Shown piece after piece: positions 63,576 through 64,000 of a stretch of 64,000 bases of DNA. How positions within the stretch are numbered: position 1 is the first letter of the stretch; every line of letters starts with the position of its first letter. The translations under genes were made by a program, and so were the position numbers. A model generated the notes under the pieces. That model ran no database searches and was not told where the DNA came from. It saw only the letters and a program-made list of their open reading frames with translations. Source of the stretch: Octopus sinensis (taxonomy: Eukaryota); assembly GCF_006345805.1 (NCBI RefSeq), contig NC_043017.1:29264001-29328000 (forward strand). Direction: 5' to 3'.

Positions 63576-63613
63576 GTGCACACATACCTGGCTTCTCAAC
63601 CATATGTTTCGGG
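63515..63613. repeat. Palindrome: arms of about 40 bp around a (TA)n centre
   Basis: CCCGGAAACATGTGGTTGAGAAGCCAGGTATGTGTGCA (TA)n TGTGCACACATACCTGGCTTCTCAACCATATGTTTCGGG. Confidence 0.9.
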
Positions 63614-63891
63614 AATTTTCTTTGTGTTGTATGTCTTGTACTCTATCTTTTCGTTGTTTAAGAAAAATGTCCATTTCCTTGGTTTTGTGTTTGTTTTCGT
63701 TTCCCATTGTGTTTGACATTTTCTTTGGTGTCCTGTACCCATATATGCATGTATATGTAGAGGTAGAGGAGGTACGTACATATATGTATGTATATATGCA
63801 TATGTTTTATTTATTAATTTGTTATATATATATATACATATATATATATGTGTGCGCGTGAATGTGTGTATACATATTTTATTTGAGCGTT

Positions 63892-63937
<46 letters not shown>

Positions 63938-64000
63938 CATACAAATATAATACATAATACAAACATATATATATATATATATAAACATACAAATATATAC

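Overview
AT-rich, repeat-dense animal genomic DNA with no recognisable protein-coding gene. The SINE families (tRNA-head, CORE-like and Meta-like domains) and the very high (TA)n/(TG)n/(AAT)n microsatellite load point to a coleoid cephalopod, most likely Octopus (inference). The window reads as intergenic DNA or the interior of a very large intron. It contains at least five SINE or non-autonomous retroelement families, many with exact target-site duplications. It also has a nest of decayed R4/Dong-type (RLE) retrotransposons at 7.9-13 kb, RTE and L2/CR1 remnants, two Helitron-like elements, three TIR/foldback elements, a 100-N gap and a probable assembly duplication at 43-44.5 kb. Almost all ORFs in the supplied track are microsatellite or SINE artefacts. 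Several short candidate exons exist on both strands, but none can be tied to a known protein. The most interesting leads are an unclassified 2.4-kb composite element inserted in a SINE head (55.3-57.8 kb), SINE-body multimers sharing one junction at three loci, Penelope-tailed SINEs with hammerhead-like cores and head-to-head inversions, a MITE flanked by a ~200-bp direct duplication, several long dsRNA-forming structures, and a speculative series of phase-1 terminal exons on the + strand.
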